Source: Centroscyllium fabricii (Eukaryota). Taken from it: a stretch of DNA of 56,549 nucleotides. The position numbers and the translations under genes were made by a program. The number at the start of each line of letters is the position of its first letter. Within the stretch, counting starts at the first letter, position 1. The stretch lies in NCBI GenBank assembly GCA_051313645.2, contig JBNRSN020001150.1, positions 1 through 56,549 on the forward strand, given 5' to 3'. The notes under the pieces are model-generated. The model ran no database searches and was not told where the DNA came from. It saw nothing but the letters and a program-made list of their open reading frames with translations. Shown here in pieces: positions 55,872-56,549 of this stretch.

Positions 55872-56549
55872 ATGAACCCAGTAGTACTAACCATTATTAT
55901 TTCAAGTTTAGGATTAGGAACAATAATAACATTCATTGGGTCTCATTGATTACTAGTCTGAATAGGCCTCGAAATTAATACCCTAGCTATTATCCCCATA
56001 ATAATACATCAACACCACCCACGAGCAGTAGAAGCAGCCACAAAATATTTTCTAACACAAGCGACTGCCTCTGCCTTATTATTATTTGCCAGCATCACAA
56101 ACGCCTGAACCCTGGGCGAGTGAAGCTTGCTTGAAATACTTAATCCAACCTCTGCCGCACTCGCCACCATCGCACTAGCTTTAAAAATTGGGATTGCACC
56201 AATACATTTCTGACTGCCAGAAGTACTCCAAGGACTAAACCTCACTACAGGCTTAATTTTAGCTACATGGCAAAAACTTGCCCCATTCGCTATTCTTCTG
56301 CAACTCTACCCAATGCTCAATTCAAATTTACTATTATTCTTGGGCGTATTATCAATTGTAATTGGAGGCTGAGGCGGTTTAAATCAAACTCAACTACGAA
56401 AAATTTTAGCTTACTCATCAATTGCCCACCTTGGATGAATAATTACAATTTTACATTACTCCCAAATCTTACACAACTTAATCTTGCCTTATATATTATT
56501 ATAACTCTCACAAACTTTCCTTCTTTTTAAACTCCTTAACACTACCAAA
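55872..56549 (+). CDS. ND2: NADH dehydrogenase subunit 2, 5' part (truncated by window end; -1/+1 indels near 56461 and 56512)
   Basis: ATG at 55872; [12 protein letters not shown]. Confidence 0.85.

Larger units (their letters stand above)
50276..56549 (+). repeat. Mitogenome unit 4, partial (haplotype B), ends inside ND2
   Basis: Direct repeat; offset ~50275. Confidence 0.97.

Overview
The window is entirely a vertebrate mitochondrial genome (vertebrate mitochondrial code, canonical gene order, 13 CDS, 2 rRNA, 22 tRNA, OL, control region). Protein sequences point to a cartilaginous fish, most likely a shark. The ~16.76 kb genome is repeated head-to-tail about 3.4 times, with units starting at 1, 16757, 33515 and 50276. 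The array is not homogeneous. Positions 1 to ~30.95 kb are haplotype A, and its two copies look identical by eye. From ~30.95 kb to the end is haplotype B, which differs at roughly 70-75 substitutions counted by eye (~0.4-0.5%, mostly synonymous transitions). The A-to-B switch maps to 30919-30983 inside ND5. B also carries a 12-bp in-frame deletion at the ND2 C-terminus and a 10-bp control-region deletion private to one B copy. Two zones of copy-private 1-2 bp indels look like unpolished long-read error. The most likely explanation is an uncollapsed circular assembly chimerically joined to a second mitotype (heteroplasmy, a second individual, or a tandem whole-mitogenome nuclear insertion, 'mega-NUMT'). 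I found no novel gene system. The supplied ORF track uses the wrong genetic code (TGA=Trp here) and is mostly fragments or shadow ORFs.
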